Source: Escherichia coli
Lineage (GTDB): Bacteria; Pseudomonadota; Gammaproteobacteria; Enterobacterales; Enterobacteriaceae
Direction: 5' to 3' (one strand)
Length of the DNA stretch: 64,000 bases
NCBI RefSeq assembly: GCF_003018235.1
Contig: NZ_CP027437.1
The notes beneath the pieces are model-generated. The model did no database searches. It saw only the letters and a list, made by a program, of their open reading frames with translations, and had not been told where the DNA came from. This document shows, one piece after another, positions 35,652 to 46,027 of the stretch (position 1 is its first letter; each line of letters starts with the position of its first letter). The position numbers and the translations under genes were made by a program.

Positions 35652-36791
35652 ATGAGCGCGGGAAGCCCAAAATTCACCGTTCGCCGCATTGCGGCTTTGT
35701 CACTGGTTTCGCTATGGCTGGCAGGCTGTTCTGACACTTCAAATCCACCGGCACCGGTCAGCTCCGTTAATGGCAATGCGCCTGCAAATACCAATTCTGG
35801 TATGTTGATTACGCCGCCGCCGAAAATGGGGACGACGTCTACAGCGCAGCAACCGCAAATTCAGCCGGTACAGCAGCCACAAATTCAGGCTACTCAACAA
35901 CCGCAAATCCAGCCAGTACAGCCAGTAGCTCAGCAGCCGGTACAGATGGAAAACGGACGCATCGTCTATAACCGTCAGTATGGGAACATTCCGAAAGGCA
36001 GTTATAGCGGCAGTACCTATACCGTGAAAAAAGGCGACACACTTTTCTATATCGCCTGGATTACTGGCAACGATTTCCGTGACCTTGCTCAGCGCAACAA
36101 TATTCAGGCACCATACGCGCTGAACGTCGGTCAGACCTTACAGGTGGGGAATGCTTCCGGTACTCCAATCACTGGCGGAAATGCCATTACTCAGGCCGAC
36201 GCAGCAGAGCAAGGAGTTGTGATCAAGCCTGCACAAAATTCCACCGTTGCTGTTGCTTCGCAACCGACAATTACGTATTCTGAGTCTTCGGGTGAACAGA
36301 GTGCTAACAAAATGTTGCCGAACAACAAGCCAACTGCGACCACGGTCACAGCGCCTGTAACGGTACCAACAGCAAGCACAACCGAGCCGACTGTCAGCAG
36401 TACATCAACCAGTACGCCTATCTCCACCTGGCGCTGGCCGACTGAGGGCAAAGTGATCGAAACCTTTGGCGCTTCTGAGGGGGGCAACAAGGGGATTGAT
36501 ATCGCAGGCAGCAAAGGACAGGCAATTATCGCGACCGCAGATGGCCGCGTTGTTTATGCCGGTAACGCGCTGCGCGGCTACGGTAATCTGATTATCATCA
36601 AACATAATGATGATTACCTGAGTGCCTACGCCCATAACGACACAATGCTGGTCCGGGAACAACAAGAAGTGAAGGCGGGGCAAAAAATAGCAACCATGGG
36701 TAGCACCGGAACCAGTTCAACACGCTTGCATTTTGAAATTCGTTACAAGGGGAAATCCGTAAACCCGCTGCGTTATTTGCCGCAGCGATAA
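35652..36791 (+). CDS. nlpD: Murein hydrolase activator lipoprotein NlpD (LysM plus M23 domains); the rpoS promoter is expected inside its 3' half
   Basis: 379-aa ORF with lipobox LAGCS, Q/P-rich repeats, LysM and C-terminal M23 peptidase-like domain. Confidence 0.95.
   Translation: MSAGSPKFTVRRIAALSLVSLWLAGCSDTSNPPAPVSSVNGNAPANTNSGMLITPPPKMGTTSTAQQPQIQPVQQPQIQATQQPQIQPVQPVAQQPVQMENGRIVYNRQYGNIPKGSYSGSTYTVKKGDTLFYIAWITGNDFRDLAQRNNIQAPYALNVGQTLQVGNASGTPITGGNAITQADAAEQGVVIKPAQNSTVAVASQPTITYSESSGEQSANKMLPNNKPTATTVTAPVTVPTASTTEPTVSSTSTSTPISTWRWPTEGKVIETFGASEGGNKGIDIAGSKGQAIIATADGRVVYAGNALRGYGNLIIIKHNDDYLSAYAHNDTMLVREQQEVKAGQKIATMGSTGTSSTRLHFEIRYKGKSVNPLRYLPQR
35851..35940 (+). repeat. In-frame tandem repeats encoding QQPQIQ(P/A)V units within nlpD
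   Basis: Three to four imperfect ~24-nt direct repeats (cagcaaccgcaaattcagccggta ...). Confidence 0.8.
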
Positions 36792-36853
36792 ATCGGCGGA
36801 ACCAGGCTTTTGCTTGAATGTTCCGTCAAGGGATCACGGGTAGGAGCCACCTT

Positions 36854-37846
36854 ATGAGTCAGAATACGCTGAAAGTTCATGATTTAAATGAAGATGCGGA
36901 ATTTGATGAGAACGGAGTTGAGGTTTTTGACGAAAAGGCCTTAGTAGAAGAGGAACCCAGTGATAACGATTTGGCCGAAGAGGAACTGTTATCGCAGGGA
37001 GCCACACAGCGTGTGCTGGACGCGACTCAGCTTTACCTTGGTGAGATTGGTTATTCACCACTGTTAACGGCCGAAGAAGAAGTTTATTTTGCGCGTCGCG
37101 CACTGCGTGGAGATGTTGCCTCCCGCCGCCGGATGATCGAGAGTAACTTGCGTCTGGTGGTAAAAATTGCCCGCCGTTATGGCAATCGTGGTCTGGCGTT
37201 GCTGGACCTGATCGAAGAGGGCAACCTGGGGCTGATCCGCGCGGTAGAGAAGTTTGACCCGGAACGTGGTTTCCGCTTCTCAACATACGCAACCTGGTGG
37301 ATTCGCCAGACGATCGAACGGGCGATTATGAACCAAACCCGTACTATTCGTTTGCCTATTCACATCGTAAAGGAGCTGAACGTTTACCTGCGAACCGCAC
37401 GCGAGTTGTCCCATAAACTGGACCACGAACCAAGTGCGGAAGAGATCGCAGAGCAACTGGATAAGCCAGTTGATGACGTCAGCCGTATGCTTCGTCTTAA
37501 CGAGCGCATTACCTCGGTAGACACCCCGCTGGGTGGTGATTCCGAAAAAGCGTTGCTGGACATCCTGGCCGATGAAAAAGAGAACGGTCCGGAAGATACC
37601 ACGCAAGATGACGATATGAAGCAGAGCATCGTCAAATGGCTGTTCGAGCTGAACGCCAAACAGCGTGAAGTACTGGCACGTCGATTCGGTTTGCTGGGGT
37701 ACGAAGCGGCAACACTGGAAGATGTAGGTCGTGAAATTGGCCTCACCCGTGAACGTGTTCGCCAGATTCAGGTTGAAGGCCTGCGCCGTTTGCGCGAAAT
37801 CCTGCAAACGCAGGGGCTGAATATCGAAGCGCTGTTCCGCGAGTAA
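36854..37846 (+). CDS. rpoS: RNA polymerase sigma factor RpoS (sigma-38)
   Basis: ORF 36818-37846; start set at [17 protein letters not shown] (330 aa); codon 33 is GAG (Glu) at 36950-36952. Confidence 0.97.
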   Translation: MSQNTLKVHDLNEDAEFDENGVEVFDEKALVEEEPSDNDLAEEELLSQGATQRVLDATQLYLGEIGYSPLLTAEEEVYFARRALRGDVASRRRMIESNLRLVVKIARRYGNRGLALLDLIEEGNLGLIRAVEKFDPERGFRFSTYATWWIRQTIERAIMNQTRTIRLPIHIVKELNVYLRTARELSHKLDHEPSAEEIAEQLDKPVDDVSRMLRLNERITSVDTPLGGDSEKALLDILADEKENGPEDTTQDDDMKQSIVKWLFELNAKQREVLARRFGLLGYEAATLEDVGREIGLTRERVRQIQVEGLRRLREILQTQGLNIEALFRE

Positions 37847-37861
37847 GTAAGCATCTGTCAG

Positions 37862-37898
37862 AAAGGCCAGTCTCAAGCGAGGCTGGCCTTTTTCTTTT
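37862..37898 (+). terminator. rpoS rho-independent terminator
   Basis: aaaggccagtctc aagc gaggctggccttt stem followed by tttcttttg. Confidence 0.85.
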
Positions 37899-37965
37899 GG
37901 TTGGGGAGCCGGTGTGTTTGTGGGCTGGATAAGCCGCAATAGCGTCTCATCCGGCAATTTGCACC

Positions 37966-38373
37966 CTATGTGTTCATCATCTTGCGCACTAGCTGCATAA
38001 ACAGCTCCTGCTCTTCTCCACTCAAACGCCCCAAAAATTCCTCATCCACGCTGTCACCTATCGGTATCGCCGCAGCAAGTATCTTTTCGCCTTCGGCAGT
38101 CAGCCAGACAAAGCGTCGCCGCTTGTCAGCGGCGTCATGTTCACGTCTGACTAAGCCACGATTTTCCATTCTTGCCAACATTTCTGCCAGCGTTGCTTTG
38201 GTGCTGACGGCTGCTTCCATCAGTGCCACCTGTTCGATACCAGGTTTATCAGCAATGGCGCGCATCACCGCGTACTGTGGTTTGGTCAGATCAGGTAACT
38301 CGTGCTGCCAGCGGGCCGTGTGTTGCTGAAAAAGCTGTCGTAACTGATGGAACGCTTTATTTCGTAACGCCAT
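37966..38373 (-). CDS. MarR/SlyA-family transcriptional regulator
   Basis: 135-aa ORF with winged-helix MarR-like region; divergent from the decarboxylase operon. Confidence 0.8.
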   Translation of the reverse strand: MALRNKAFHQLRQLFQQHTARWQHELPDLTKPQYAVMRAIADKPGIEQVALMEAAVSTKATLAEMLARMENRGLVRREHDAADKRRRFVWLTAEGEKILAAAIPIGDSVDEEFLGRLSGEEQELFMQLVRKMMNT

Positions 38374-38488
38374 GTAAACTCCGGGCTAATTCTCTGTCGC
38401 TATCATAGCGGTTTTTCAGTGACGAAGAAGATGTTGTTACTTTTCAATCCTTGCCGCTGTGGAAATGAAGGAGTATGTTAATAATAAC

Positions 38489-38502
38489 GTTCGTATACGA
38501 AC
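38489..38502. promoter_or_regulatory. Candidate operator: 14-bp perfect palindrome between the regulator and decarboxylase operon
   Basis: gttcgtatacgaac is its own reverse complement; 18 bp upstream of the UbiX-like start. Confidence 0.45.
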
Positions 38503-38519
38503 AATTAAGAGAGTAAGCA

Positions 38520-39113
38520 ATGAAACTGATCGTCGGGATGACAGGGGCTACCGGTGCGCCTCTTGGTGTGGCATTACTGCAAGCGCTGCGGGAGATGCCG
38601 AATGTCGAGACTCATCTGGTGATGTCGAAGTGGGCGAAAACCACTATTAAACTGGAAACGCCTTACAGCGCTCGCGATGTTGCCGCCCTCGCAGACTTCA
38701 GCCATAACCCGGCGGATCAGGCGGCGACTATCTCTTCCGGCTCCTTTCGTACCGACGGCATGATCGTTATTCCATGCAGTATGAAAACGCTCGCCGGTAT
38801 CCGCGCTGGTTACGCCGATGGCCTGGTGGGGCGCGCGGCGGACGTCGTGCTCAAAGAAGGCCGCAAACTGGTGCTGGTGCCGCGTGAAATGCCGCTTAGC
38901 ACAATCCATCTCGAAAATATGCTCGCACTTTCGCGCATGGGCGTGGCGATGGTGCCGCCGATGCCTGCCTTTTATAACCATCCCGAAACGGTAGATGACA
39001 TTGTCCACCACGTGGTAGCCCGCGTGCTGGATCAATTTGGCCTCGAACATCCTCACGCCAGGCGCTGGCAAGGATTGCCGCAGGCCCGGAATTTTTCTCA
39101 GGAGAATGAATAA
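38520..39113 (+). CDS. ecdB: UbiX-like flavin prenyltransferase (Pad1 / decarboxylase B subunit)
   Basis: 197-aa ORF MKLIVGMTGATGAPLGVALLQAL...; symbol from memory of O157-type annotation. Confidence 0.85.
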   Translation: MKLIVGMTGATGAPLGVALLQALREMPNVETHLVMSKWAKTTIKLETPYSARDVAALADFSHNPADQAATISSGSFRTDGMIVIPCSMKTLAGIRAGYADGLVGRAADVVLKEGRKLVLVPREMPLSTIHLENMLALSRMGVAMVPPMPAFYNHPETVDDIVHHVVARVLDQFGLEHPHARRWQGLPQARNFSQENE

Positions 39114-40540
39114 TGGCATTTGATGATTTACGCAGCTTTTTACAGGCGCTTGATGACCACGGCCAGTTACTGAAAATCAGCGAAGAGGTGAACGCGGAAC
39201 CGGATCTGGCAGCCGCAGCCAACGCCACCGGGCGTATCGGCGACGGCGCGCCCGCGCTTTGGTTTGATAATATTCGCGGCTTTATCGATGCCCGCGTGGC
39301 AATGAACACCATCGGTTCCTGGCAGAACCACGCGATTTCCCTCGGCCTGCCGCCAAACACCCCGGTTAAAAAACAGATTGATGAGTTTATCCGCCGCTGG
39401 GATAACTTCCCCATTACCCCGGAGCGCCGCGCTAATCCAGCCTGGGCGCAGAACACCGTCGATGGCGACGAGATCAACCTGTTCGATATTCTGCCGCTGT
39501 TTCGTTTAAACGACGGTGATGGCGGTTTCTATCTCGATAAAGCGTGCGTGGTTTCCCGCGATCCGCTCGACCCGGATAACTTCGGCAAGCAGAACGTCGG
39601 CATCTACCGCATGGAAGTGAAGGGCAAACGTAAGCTCGGCCTGCAACCGGTGCCGATGCACGATATCGCTCTGCATCTGCATAAAGCGGAAGAACGCGGT
39701 GAAGATCTGCCGATTGCCATCACCCTGGGTAACGATCCGATCATCACCCTGATGGGCGCCACGCCGCTGAAATACGATCAGTCTGAGTACGAAATGGCGG
39801 GCGCGCTGCGCGAAAGCCCGTACCCGATCGCCACCGCCCCGCTGACCGGTTTTGATGTGCCGTGGGGCTCGGAAGTGATCCTCGAAGGGGTTATCGAAAG
39901 TCGTAAACGTGAGATTGAAGGGCCGTTCGGTGAGTTTACCGGCCACTACTCCGGCGGGCGTAACATGACCGTGGTGCGTATCGATAAAGTCTCTTACCGT
40001 ACCAAACCGATTTTCGAATCGCTCTATCTTGGTATGCCGTGGACCGAAATCGACTACCTGATGGGGCCTGCCACCTGCGTGCCGCTGTATCAGCAACTGA
40101 AAGCCGAGTTCCCGGAAGTGCAGGCGGTAAACGCCATGTACACCCACGGCCTGTTGGCGATTATCTCCACCAAAAAACGCTACGGCGGCTTTGCCCGCGC
40201 GGTGGGCCTGCGTGCAATGACCACGCCGCACGGTCTGGGCTACGTGAAGATGGTGATTATGGTCGATGAAGACGTTGATCCGTTCAACCTGCCGCAGGTG
40301 ATGTGGGCGCTCTCCTCGAAAGTGAACCCGGCAGGCGACCTGGTGCAGTTGCCAAATATGTCCGTGCTGGAACTCGACCCTGGCTCAAGCCCGGCGGGGA
40401 TCACCGACAAGCTGATTATCGACGCCACCACGCCTGTCGCCCCGGACAACCGTGGTCACTACAGCCAGCCGGTGGTGGATTTACCGGAAACCAAAGCCTG
40501 GGCTGAAAAACTGACCGCTATGCTGGCCGCACGTAAATAA
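39113..40540 (+). CDS. ecdC: UbiD-family (prFMN-dependent) aromatic acid decarboxylase, C subunit
   Basis: 475-aa ORF, UbiD family; start overlaps the UbiX-like stop; symbol from memory. Confidence 0.85.
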   Translation: MAFDDLRSFLQALDDHGQLLKISEEVNAEPDLAAAANATGRIGDGAPALWFDNIRGFIDARVAMNTIGSWQNHAISLGLPPNTPVKKQIDEFIRRWDNFPITPERRANPAWAQNTVDGDEINLFDILPLFRLNDGDGGFYLDKACVVSRDPLDPDNFGKQNVGIYRMEVKGKRKLGLQPVPMHDIALHLHKAEERGEDLPIAITLGNDPIITLMGATPLKYDQSEYEMAGALRESPYPIATAPLTGFDVPWGSEVILEGVIESRKREIEGPFGEFTGHYSGGRNMTVVRIDKVSYRTKPIFESLYLGMPWTEIDYLMGPATCVPLYQQLKAEFPEVQAVNAMYTHGLLAIISTKKRYGGFARAVGLRAMTTPHGLGYVKMVIMVDEDVDPFNLPQVMWALSSKVNPAGDLVQLPNMSVLELDPGSSPAGITDKLIIDATTPVAPDNRGHYSQPVVDLPETKAWAEKLTAMLAARK

Positions 40541-40550
40541 GGAGAACAAG

Positions 40551-40787
40551 ATGATTTGTCCACGTTGTGCCGATGAACAGATTGAAGTGATGGCGAAATC
40601 GCCGGTAAAAGATGTCTGGACGGTCTACCAGTGCCAGCATTGCCTCTATACCTGGCGCGATACCGAACCGCTACGCCGCACCAGCCGCGAACATTATCCC
40701 GAAGCGTTCCGCATGACGCAGAAAGATATTGATGACGCGCCGATGGTGCCGAGCATCCCGCCGCTGCTGGCGGAAGGTAAGCGCTAA
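40551..40787 (+). CDS. ecdD: Decarboxylase small subunit D (Cys-rich, zinc-ribbon-like)
   Basis: 78-aa ORF MICPRCADEQ...CQHC; typical third gene of bsdBCD/kpdBCD-type operons; symbol from memory. Confidence 0.75.
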   Translation: MICPRCADEQIEVMAKSPVKDVWTVYQCQHCLYTWRDTEPLRRTSREHYPEAFRMTQKDIDDAPMVPSIPPLLAEGKR

Positions 40788-40790
40788 ATA

Positions 40791-40818
40791 AAAAGTCCGA
40801 TGCCCATCGGACCTTTTT
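40791..40818. terminator. Bidirectional terminator between the decarboxylase operon and convergent ygbN
   Basis: aaaa gtccgatg ccc atcggac ctttttatt: hairpin flanked by A- and T-runs. Confidence 0.7.
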
Positions 40819-40825
40819 ATTAAGG

Positions 40826-42190
40826 TCAAATTACCGCCCATACGCACCAGGTAATTAAGAATCCGGTAAAACCGAGAATGGTCGTTAACACTGTCCAGGT
40901 TTTCAGACCGTCTGCTACCGACAACCCCAGATATTTGGTCACAATCCAGAACCCTGAGTCATTAATATGTGACGCGCCAAGCCCACCAAAGCAGGCTGCC
41001 AGCGTCACCAATACGCACTGAATCGGATTCAATCCCATCACCGCTTCTGAGAGTAACCCGCCGGTTGTCAGGATTGCTACGGTTGCTGACCCCTGCGATG
41101 CACGCAGCGCCAGTGAAATAATAAATGCGGCTGGTAACAGAGGCAGGTCAATCATTTGTAGCATGTTGGCAAGGGCTTTGCCGACGCCCGATTCCACCAG
41201 CACTTTGCCAAATACCCCTCCAGCACCAGTAACCAAAATCACTACCGCCGCAGTGGGAAGGGCTGAGCCCATAATGTCGCTGGTGTGTTGTAAGCTCCAG
41301 CCGCGACGTAAAGCCAATAACCAGAATGCCAGCACCAGCGCAATCATTAGAGCTACCATTGGTGAGCCGATCAGCTGTAGCGTACCAAGCAGGGGATGCG
41401 AAGGCGGCATCAGTGTTGCGGAAACCGTACCCGCCATGATAATCGCGATAGGAATAACAATTAGCGAGGTGACCAGCGCGACGCCCGGTGGATTTATTTT
41501 ATCGCTTAATTTTGTCGCGCCTTCCTCACTGGCCGGAGCCAGTTGCATCTGTTCCAGTACTTCCACCGACATCGCATATTGGCGCTTATTGATTATTTTC
41601 GCTGCAAAGTAGCCAACAATCCCTACTGGAATAGAAATCGCAATACCGATGATGGTTAGCCAGCCGATGTCTGCGTGGAGTAACCCCGCTGCGGCGACAG
41701 GGCCTGGATGCGGCGGTACCGCCACATGAACAGTTAGCATGATTCCAGCGACAGGCAGGCCAAATTTGAGTGGCGATATTTTGGCAACCTTGGCAAAACC
41801 GTAAATGATTGGCGCAAGAATAATAAAGCCGACATCAAAGAAGACGGGAATACCGAGGAAGAACGCTGCCAGAGTCAGCGCAGCGATAGTTCGTTTGTCA
41901 CCTAACTTGCGACTGAAATAATTAGCCAGTGACTCTGCACCACCAGAGTGTTCGATCATACGCCCCAGCATAGCACCCAGACCAATAATAATAGTGACGG
42001 AACCAAGCACACCGCCCATCCCGGCGATCATCACTTTACCCACTTCGCCCGCTGGTATACCCGCCGCAAGTGCGACTAACAGGCTGACGAGGAGCAGAGC
42101 AACGAATGGTTGTACCTTTGCCTTGATGACCAGCAGCAACAGCATGATTACGCCAGTTAACGCAATGCATAACAATGTAATTGTGGACAT
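40826..42190 (-). CDS. ygbN: GntP-family permease (putative acid-sugar transporter)
   Basis: 454-aa polytopic membrane ORF; synteny with ygbM-ygbI. Confidence 0.88.
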   Translation of the reverse strand: MSTITLLCIALTGVIMLLLLVIKAKVQPFVALLLVSLLVALAAGIPAGEVGKVMIAGMGGVLGSVTIIIGLGAMLGRMIEHSGGAESLANYFSRKLGDKRTIAALTLAAFFLGIPVFFDVGFIILAPIIYGFAKVAKISPLKFGLPVAGIMLTVHVAVPPHPGPVAAAGLLHADIGWLTIIGIAISIPVGIVGYFAAKIINKRQYAMSVEVLEQMQLAPASEEGATKLSDKINPPGVALVTSLIVIPIAIIMAGTVSATLMPPSHPLLGTLQLIGSPMVALMIALVLAFWLLALRRGWSLQHTSDIMGSALPTAAVVILVTGAGGVFGKVLVESGVGKALANMLQMIDLPLLPAAFIISLALRASQGSATVAILTTGGLLSEAVMGLNPIQCVLVTLAACFGGLGASHINDSGFWIVTKYLGLSVADGLKTWTVLTTILGFTGFLITWCVWAVI

Positions 42191-42278
42191 GGGAAACCCT
42201 GTCTGAAAGTTATAGTTAACCTACCCCATCCGTAGATGGGGGGATGTATGGGTACGTTGTAATTAGGGATTTAACGAA

Positions 42279-43055
42279 TTAGCGCCAGGCGTCAAACCAG
42301 CCAAGCCCTTCTTCGGTGAGGCCACGAGGTTTATATTCACAACCGATCCAGCCCTGATATCCCACCTCATCGAACAGGCGGAACAGCCACGGATAGTTGA
42401 TTTCTCCATCGTCCGGTTCATGTCGATCAGGTAGTCCGGCAATTTGTACGTGCGCATATTTCCCGGCGTAGTCGCGGATTAAATGCGTCAGGTTGCCATC
42501 TACTTTTTGCGCATGAAAAGTATCTAGTTGAATAAACACGTTATCTCGCGCAACTTCTTCAACAATAGCCAGTGCCTGATACTGGCTGGAGAAGAGATAA
42601 TGAGGCTTAACGCCGGGGCTGAGTGCTTCAACTAATATTCGCTTGCCGTGTGGCGCAAAGCGGTCGGCAGCGTAGCGGAGATTATCGATAAATACTGCCC
42701 TGTACCGTTCAGCATCTTCGCCAGCGGGCACGACGCCTGCCATCACATGGACTTGTTCACAATTGAGCGCCAATGCATATTCCAGTGCCAGGTCGATGTC
42801 TGCGTGTGCTTCGTGCTCACGTCCGGGAAGGGCGGATAATCCCCATTCCCCCGCATTAATATCTCCGGGAGCGGTATTGAACAGCGCCAGTGTCAGATGG
42901 TTTTGCTCCAGTTGCTTTTGGATTTGCAGGGTGGAGTAGTCATAGGGAAACAGAAATTCCACAGCATCGAACCCGGCTTTTCGCGCTGCGGCGAAGCGTT
43001 CAATAAAAGGCACTTCGGTGAACATCATGGATAAATTAGCTGCAAAACGAGGCAT
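42279..43055 (-). CDS. otnI: 2-oxo-tetronate isomerase (hydroxypyruvate isomerase family)
   Basis: 258-aa ORF; xylose-isomerase-like TIM barrel; former ygbM. Confidence 0.85.
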   Translation of the reverse strand: MPRFAANLSMMFTEVPFIERFAAARKAGFDAVEFLFPYDYSTLQIQKQLEQNHLTLALFNTAPGDINAGEWGLSALPGREHEAHADIDLALEYALALNCEQVHVMAGVVPAGEDAERYRAVFIDNLRYAADRFAPHGKRILVEALSPGVKPHYLFSSQYQALAIVEEVARDNVFIQLDTFHAQKVDGNLTHLIRDYAGKYAHVQIAGLPDRHEPDDGEINYPWLFRLFDEVGYQGWIGCEYKPRGLTEEGLGWFDAWR

Positions 43056-43059
43056 TGCA

Positions 43060-43698
43060 TTAACTCCTTAATTCCGCAATTTCACCTGCGGTCAGATAAC
43101 GGATCGGGCGATCACCGAGAATAAAAATCAGCTTTGCCGTTTCCTCCAGCTCTTCCATATTGTTGGCGGCTTCTTGCAGGCTTTCACCGCAAACCACTGG
43201 GCCATGATTTGCCAGTAAAAAAGCCTGATTGTCTGCTGCCAGTTCCGCCAGATCCTGTGCGATGCGTTTATCGCCCGGTCGGTAATAAGGCACCAGCGGG
43301 ATATTTCCCATCCGCATCACCACGTATGGTGTGAACGGACGAATAACGTTGCTGCTGTCCAGCCCTTGCAGGCAGGAAAGCGCCGTCGACCATGTGCTGT
43401 GCAAATGCACCACCGCTTTACAGCGCGGATTGTTGCGATACAGCGCCAGATGAAAGAGCACCTCTTTCGAGGGTTTGTCACCACTTAACCATTCGCCATC
43501 CGCGGCGACTTTGGAAAGCCGCTGCGGATCGAGATTGCCCAGGCATGAACCTGTCGGTGTCGCCAGTAAATTCCCGTCAGGTAAAAGCAGCGACAGATTG
43601 CCAGCCGAACCGGTTGCATAGCCGCGCTGAAAGAATGAACTGGCAATCCGCGTCATCTCCTCTCGCAAAGACTGCTCTACTTTTGCGAAATCGCTCAT
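43060..43698 (-). CDS. otnC: 3-oxo-tetronate 4-phosphate decarboxylase (class II aldolase/adducin family)
   Basis: 212-aa ORF; former ygbL. Confidence 0.85.
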   Translation of the reverse strand: MSDFAKVEQSLREEMTRIASSFFQRGYATGSAGNLSLLLPDGNLLATPTGSCLGNLDPQRLSKVAADGEWLSGDKPSKEVLFHLALYRNNPRCKAVVHLHSTWSTALSCLQGLDSSNVIRPFTPYVVMRMGNIPLVPYYRPGDKRIAQDLAELAADNQAFLLANHGPVVCGESLQEAANNMEELEETAKLIFILGDRPIRYLTAGEIAELRS

Positions 43699-44957
43699 GA
43701 TAAAAACTCTCTTTGGGCTCGTGAAAAAAAGGCGTCATCACCGAAGTTGCCAGATTTAAGGGCGAGTGAGACAGGCTTATCCAGTGCGTTTACCCACGGC
43801 ACGCCGGGGGAAATGGTTGGGCCAATATGAAACCCTTTTATTCCCAGGCTCTGTGTGACTACGCCGGAGGTCTCACCGCCTGCGACAATAAAGCGTGTTA
43901 CGCCTTCCGCGGCTAACCGCGTCGCTAGTTGAGAAAACAGTGTTTCTACTGCCTGACTGGCTTTTTGTGCACCGTATTGCTGTTGAATTGCTGCCAATGC
44001 GTCAGTGCTGGCGGTGGCAAAAACCAGTGGAGCAAGTACACTTTCCTGGCCCAGAACCCACTCTGCCAGTTCGTGTGCATAAGCGGCCAGAGTTTCAATT
44101 GAGAGGCAGCGTGCCACATCAACTTCACGGGCTGGTGCAATTTGACGGTAATGTGCTACCTGGCGGTTGGTCATTTGAGAGCATGAACCGGAGAGCACTA
44201 CGCCGCGCCCAGCGAGCGGATGCCCTGCTTTGCGAGCCTGGTTACCGTTTTCTTGCGCCCACTGCCGGGCAAGGCCAATCGCCAGACCAGAACCGCCCGT
44301 TACCAGTGGGGCATCGCGCAAGGCTTCTCCCTGAATTTCCAGATGGTGTTCGGTCAGCGCATCAAGCACCGCGTAGCGGTAGCCCTCTTGCTGTAAGCGA
44401 GCCAGCTCTTGACGAACGGCATCCACACCTTGTTCGAAAACATGTGCCGAAACGACGCCGCAGCGCCCTGTGGATTGCGCTTCAACCAGACGGGGAAGAT
44501 AGCTGTCGGTCATGGGATTTACCGGGTGATGGCGCATCCCGGATTCGGCCAGCAGTTGATTCATTACGAACAAATACCCCTGATAAACCGTACGTCCGTT
44601 GACCGGCAGGGCCGGAGAGAAGACCGTAAACGGCGTGTCGAGAGCATCCATTAATGCATCGGTAACCGGGCCGATATTACCTTTCGCCGTACTGTCGAAA
44701 GTAGAGCAGTATTTGAAATAGATCTGTTTGCAACCTTGCTGTTGCAACCAGCTCAGAGCCGCCAGCGATTGCTGTGTGGCTTCAACCACCGGACAGGAAC
44801 GCGTTTTCAGGCTGATCACCAGTGCGTCGATTGCTTCCGGCATTTTACTTGTTGGAACACCGTTAATTTGTACCGTTGGTAGACCGTTTTCCACCAGAAA
44901 ACTGGCGATATCCGTCGCGCCGGTAAAATCATCGGCGATAACGCCAATCTTGATCAT
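43695..44957 (-). CDS. otnK: 3-oxo-tetronate kinase (four-carbon acid sugar kinase family)
   Basis: 420-aa ORF starting MIKIGVIADDFTGATD; former ygbK; exact start not verified. Confidence 0.8.
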   Translation of the reverse strand: MIKIGVIADDFTGATDIASFLVENGLPTVQINGVPTSKMPEAIDALVISLKTRSCPVVEATQQSLAALSWLQQQGCKQIYFKYCSTFDSTAKGNIGPVTDALMDALDTPFTVFSPALPVNGRTVYQGYLFVMNQLLAESGMRHHPVNPMTDSYLPRLVEAQSTGRCGVVSAHVFEQGVDAVRQELARLQQEGYRYAVLDALTEHHLEIQGEALRDAPLVTGGSGLAIGLARQWAQENGNQARKAGHPLAGRGVVLSGSCSQMTNRQVAHYRQIAPAREVDVARCLSIETLAAYAHELAEWVLGQESVLAPLVFATASTDALAAIQQQYGAQKASQAVETLFSQLATRLAAEGVTRFIVAGGETSGVVTQSLGIKGFHIGPTISPGVPWVNALDKPVSLALKSGNFGDDAFFSRAQREFLS

Positions 44958-45862
44958 GATTTCGCTCCCGGTAGAGTGATGCCAGAGAAAATCTTGATAA
45001 CTGCGCTATCGTCTTCTTTCCCGTAACCCGCGTTACTGGCGCTGGTGAACATATTCAATGCTGTTGAGGCCAATGGCAGCGGGAAGTGCAGGGCTTTGGC
45101 TGTATCGGCAACCAGACCAAGATCCTTAACAAAAATATCGACGGCTGAATGCGGGGTGTAATCGCCATCCACCACATGACGCATCCGGTTTTCGAACATC
45201 CAGGAATTTCCGGCGGCATTGGTCACGACGTCATACATCACATCCAGCGGGATCCCCGCACGGGCTGCAAGTGCCATCGCTTCGGCTCCGGCAGCAATAT
45301 GTACGCCCGCTAACAACTGGTGAATAATTTTTACGGTCGAACCTAGTCCCGGTTCTGCACCTATGCGATAAACTTTTCCGGCAACGGCTTCCAGCACAGG
45401 TGCCAGTCGTTCAAAGGCAATATCGCTACCGGAGGCCATGACAGTCATTTCACCGTTAGCGGCTTTTACTGCACCACCAGAAACTGGCGCATCCAGCATT
45501 TCCAGATCGAATCCAGCCAGAGCGGTAGCAATTTCTTGCGCATCAGCACTAGCGATAGTGGAAGAAACCATTACTGCCGTACCGGGTTTCAGATGTTGTG
45601 CAACGCCTGTTTCACCAAACAGCACCTGTTTAACCTGGGCCGCATTGACCACCAGCACCAGCAGAGCGTCCAGTTTTTCGGCAAACGTCGCGGCGTTATC
45701 AGAAACCCCGCAAGCACCTGCCTCTTTCAACGTAGCGCAGGCATTGCTGTTCAGGTCTGCGCCCCAGGTAGAAAGACCTGCGCGGACACATGACAGTGCT
45801 GCTCCCATTCCCATTGACCCTAAGCCAACGATACCGACATGAAACTCAGATCCCGTTTTCAT
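44954..45862 (-). CDS. ltnD: L-threonate dehydrogenase (3-hydroxyisobutyrate dehydrogenase family)
   Basis: 302-aa ORF with N-terminal Rossmann GLGSMGMG; former ygbJ. Confidence 0.85.
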   Translation of the reverse strand: MKTGSEFHVGIVGLGSMGMGAALSCVRAGLSTWGADLNSNACATLKEAGACGVSDNAATFAEKLDALLVLVVNAAQVKQVLFGETGVAQHLKPGTAVMVSSTIASADAQEIATALAGFDLEMLDAPVSGGAVKAANGEMTVMASGSDIAFERLAPVLEAVAGKVYRIGAEPGLGSTVKIIHQLLAGVHIAAGAEAMALAARAGIPLDVMYDVVTNAAGNSWMFENRMRHVVDGDYTPHSAVDIFVKDLGLVADTAKALHFPLPLASTALNMFTSASNAGYGKEDDSAVIKIFSGITLPGAKS

Positions 45863-46027
45863 CTGCTCTCCTTGTTAATTTAAGTGATATTTTGTTTGAT
45901 ATTGTGAATATAAGCGCTGGAAGATAACGATATGGTGAGCTGATTCACATAAATTAACATTGCGTGTTATTTTATGTGAACTAAGTGTTAGTTGCGCCGC
46001 GCACGTTTCGCAGGCAAATAGCGTAGA

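Noticed and set aside
37897-37965. REP-like sequence between the rpoS terminator and the MarR-family gene
   Set aside because: Only a partial resemblance to REP units (ggataagccgcaatagcgtctcatccggc); not convincing enough to call
42191-42278. Hairpin ccccatc cgta gatgggg between ygbM and ygbN
   Set aside because: No T-tract in either orientation; could be a processing site or REP-like element but there is no basis to assign function
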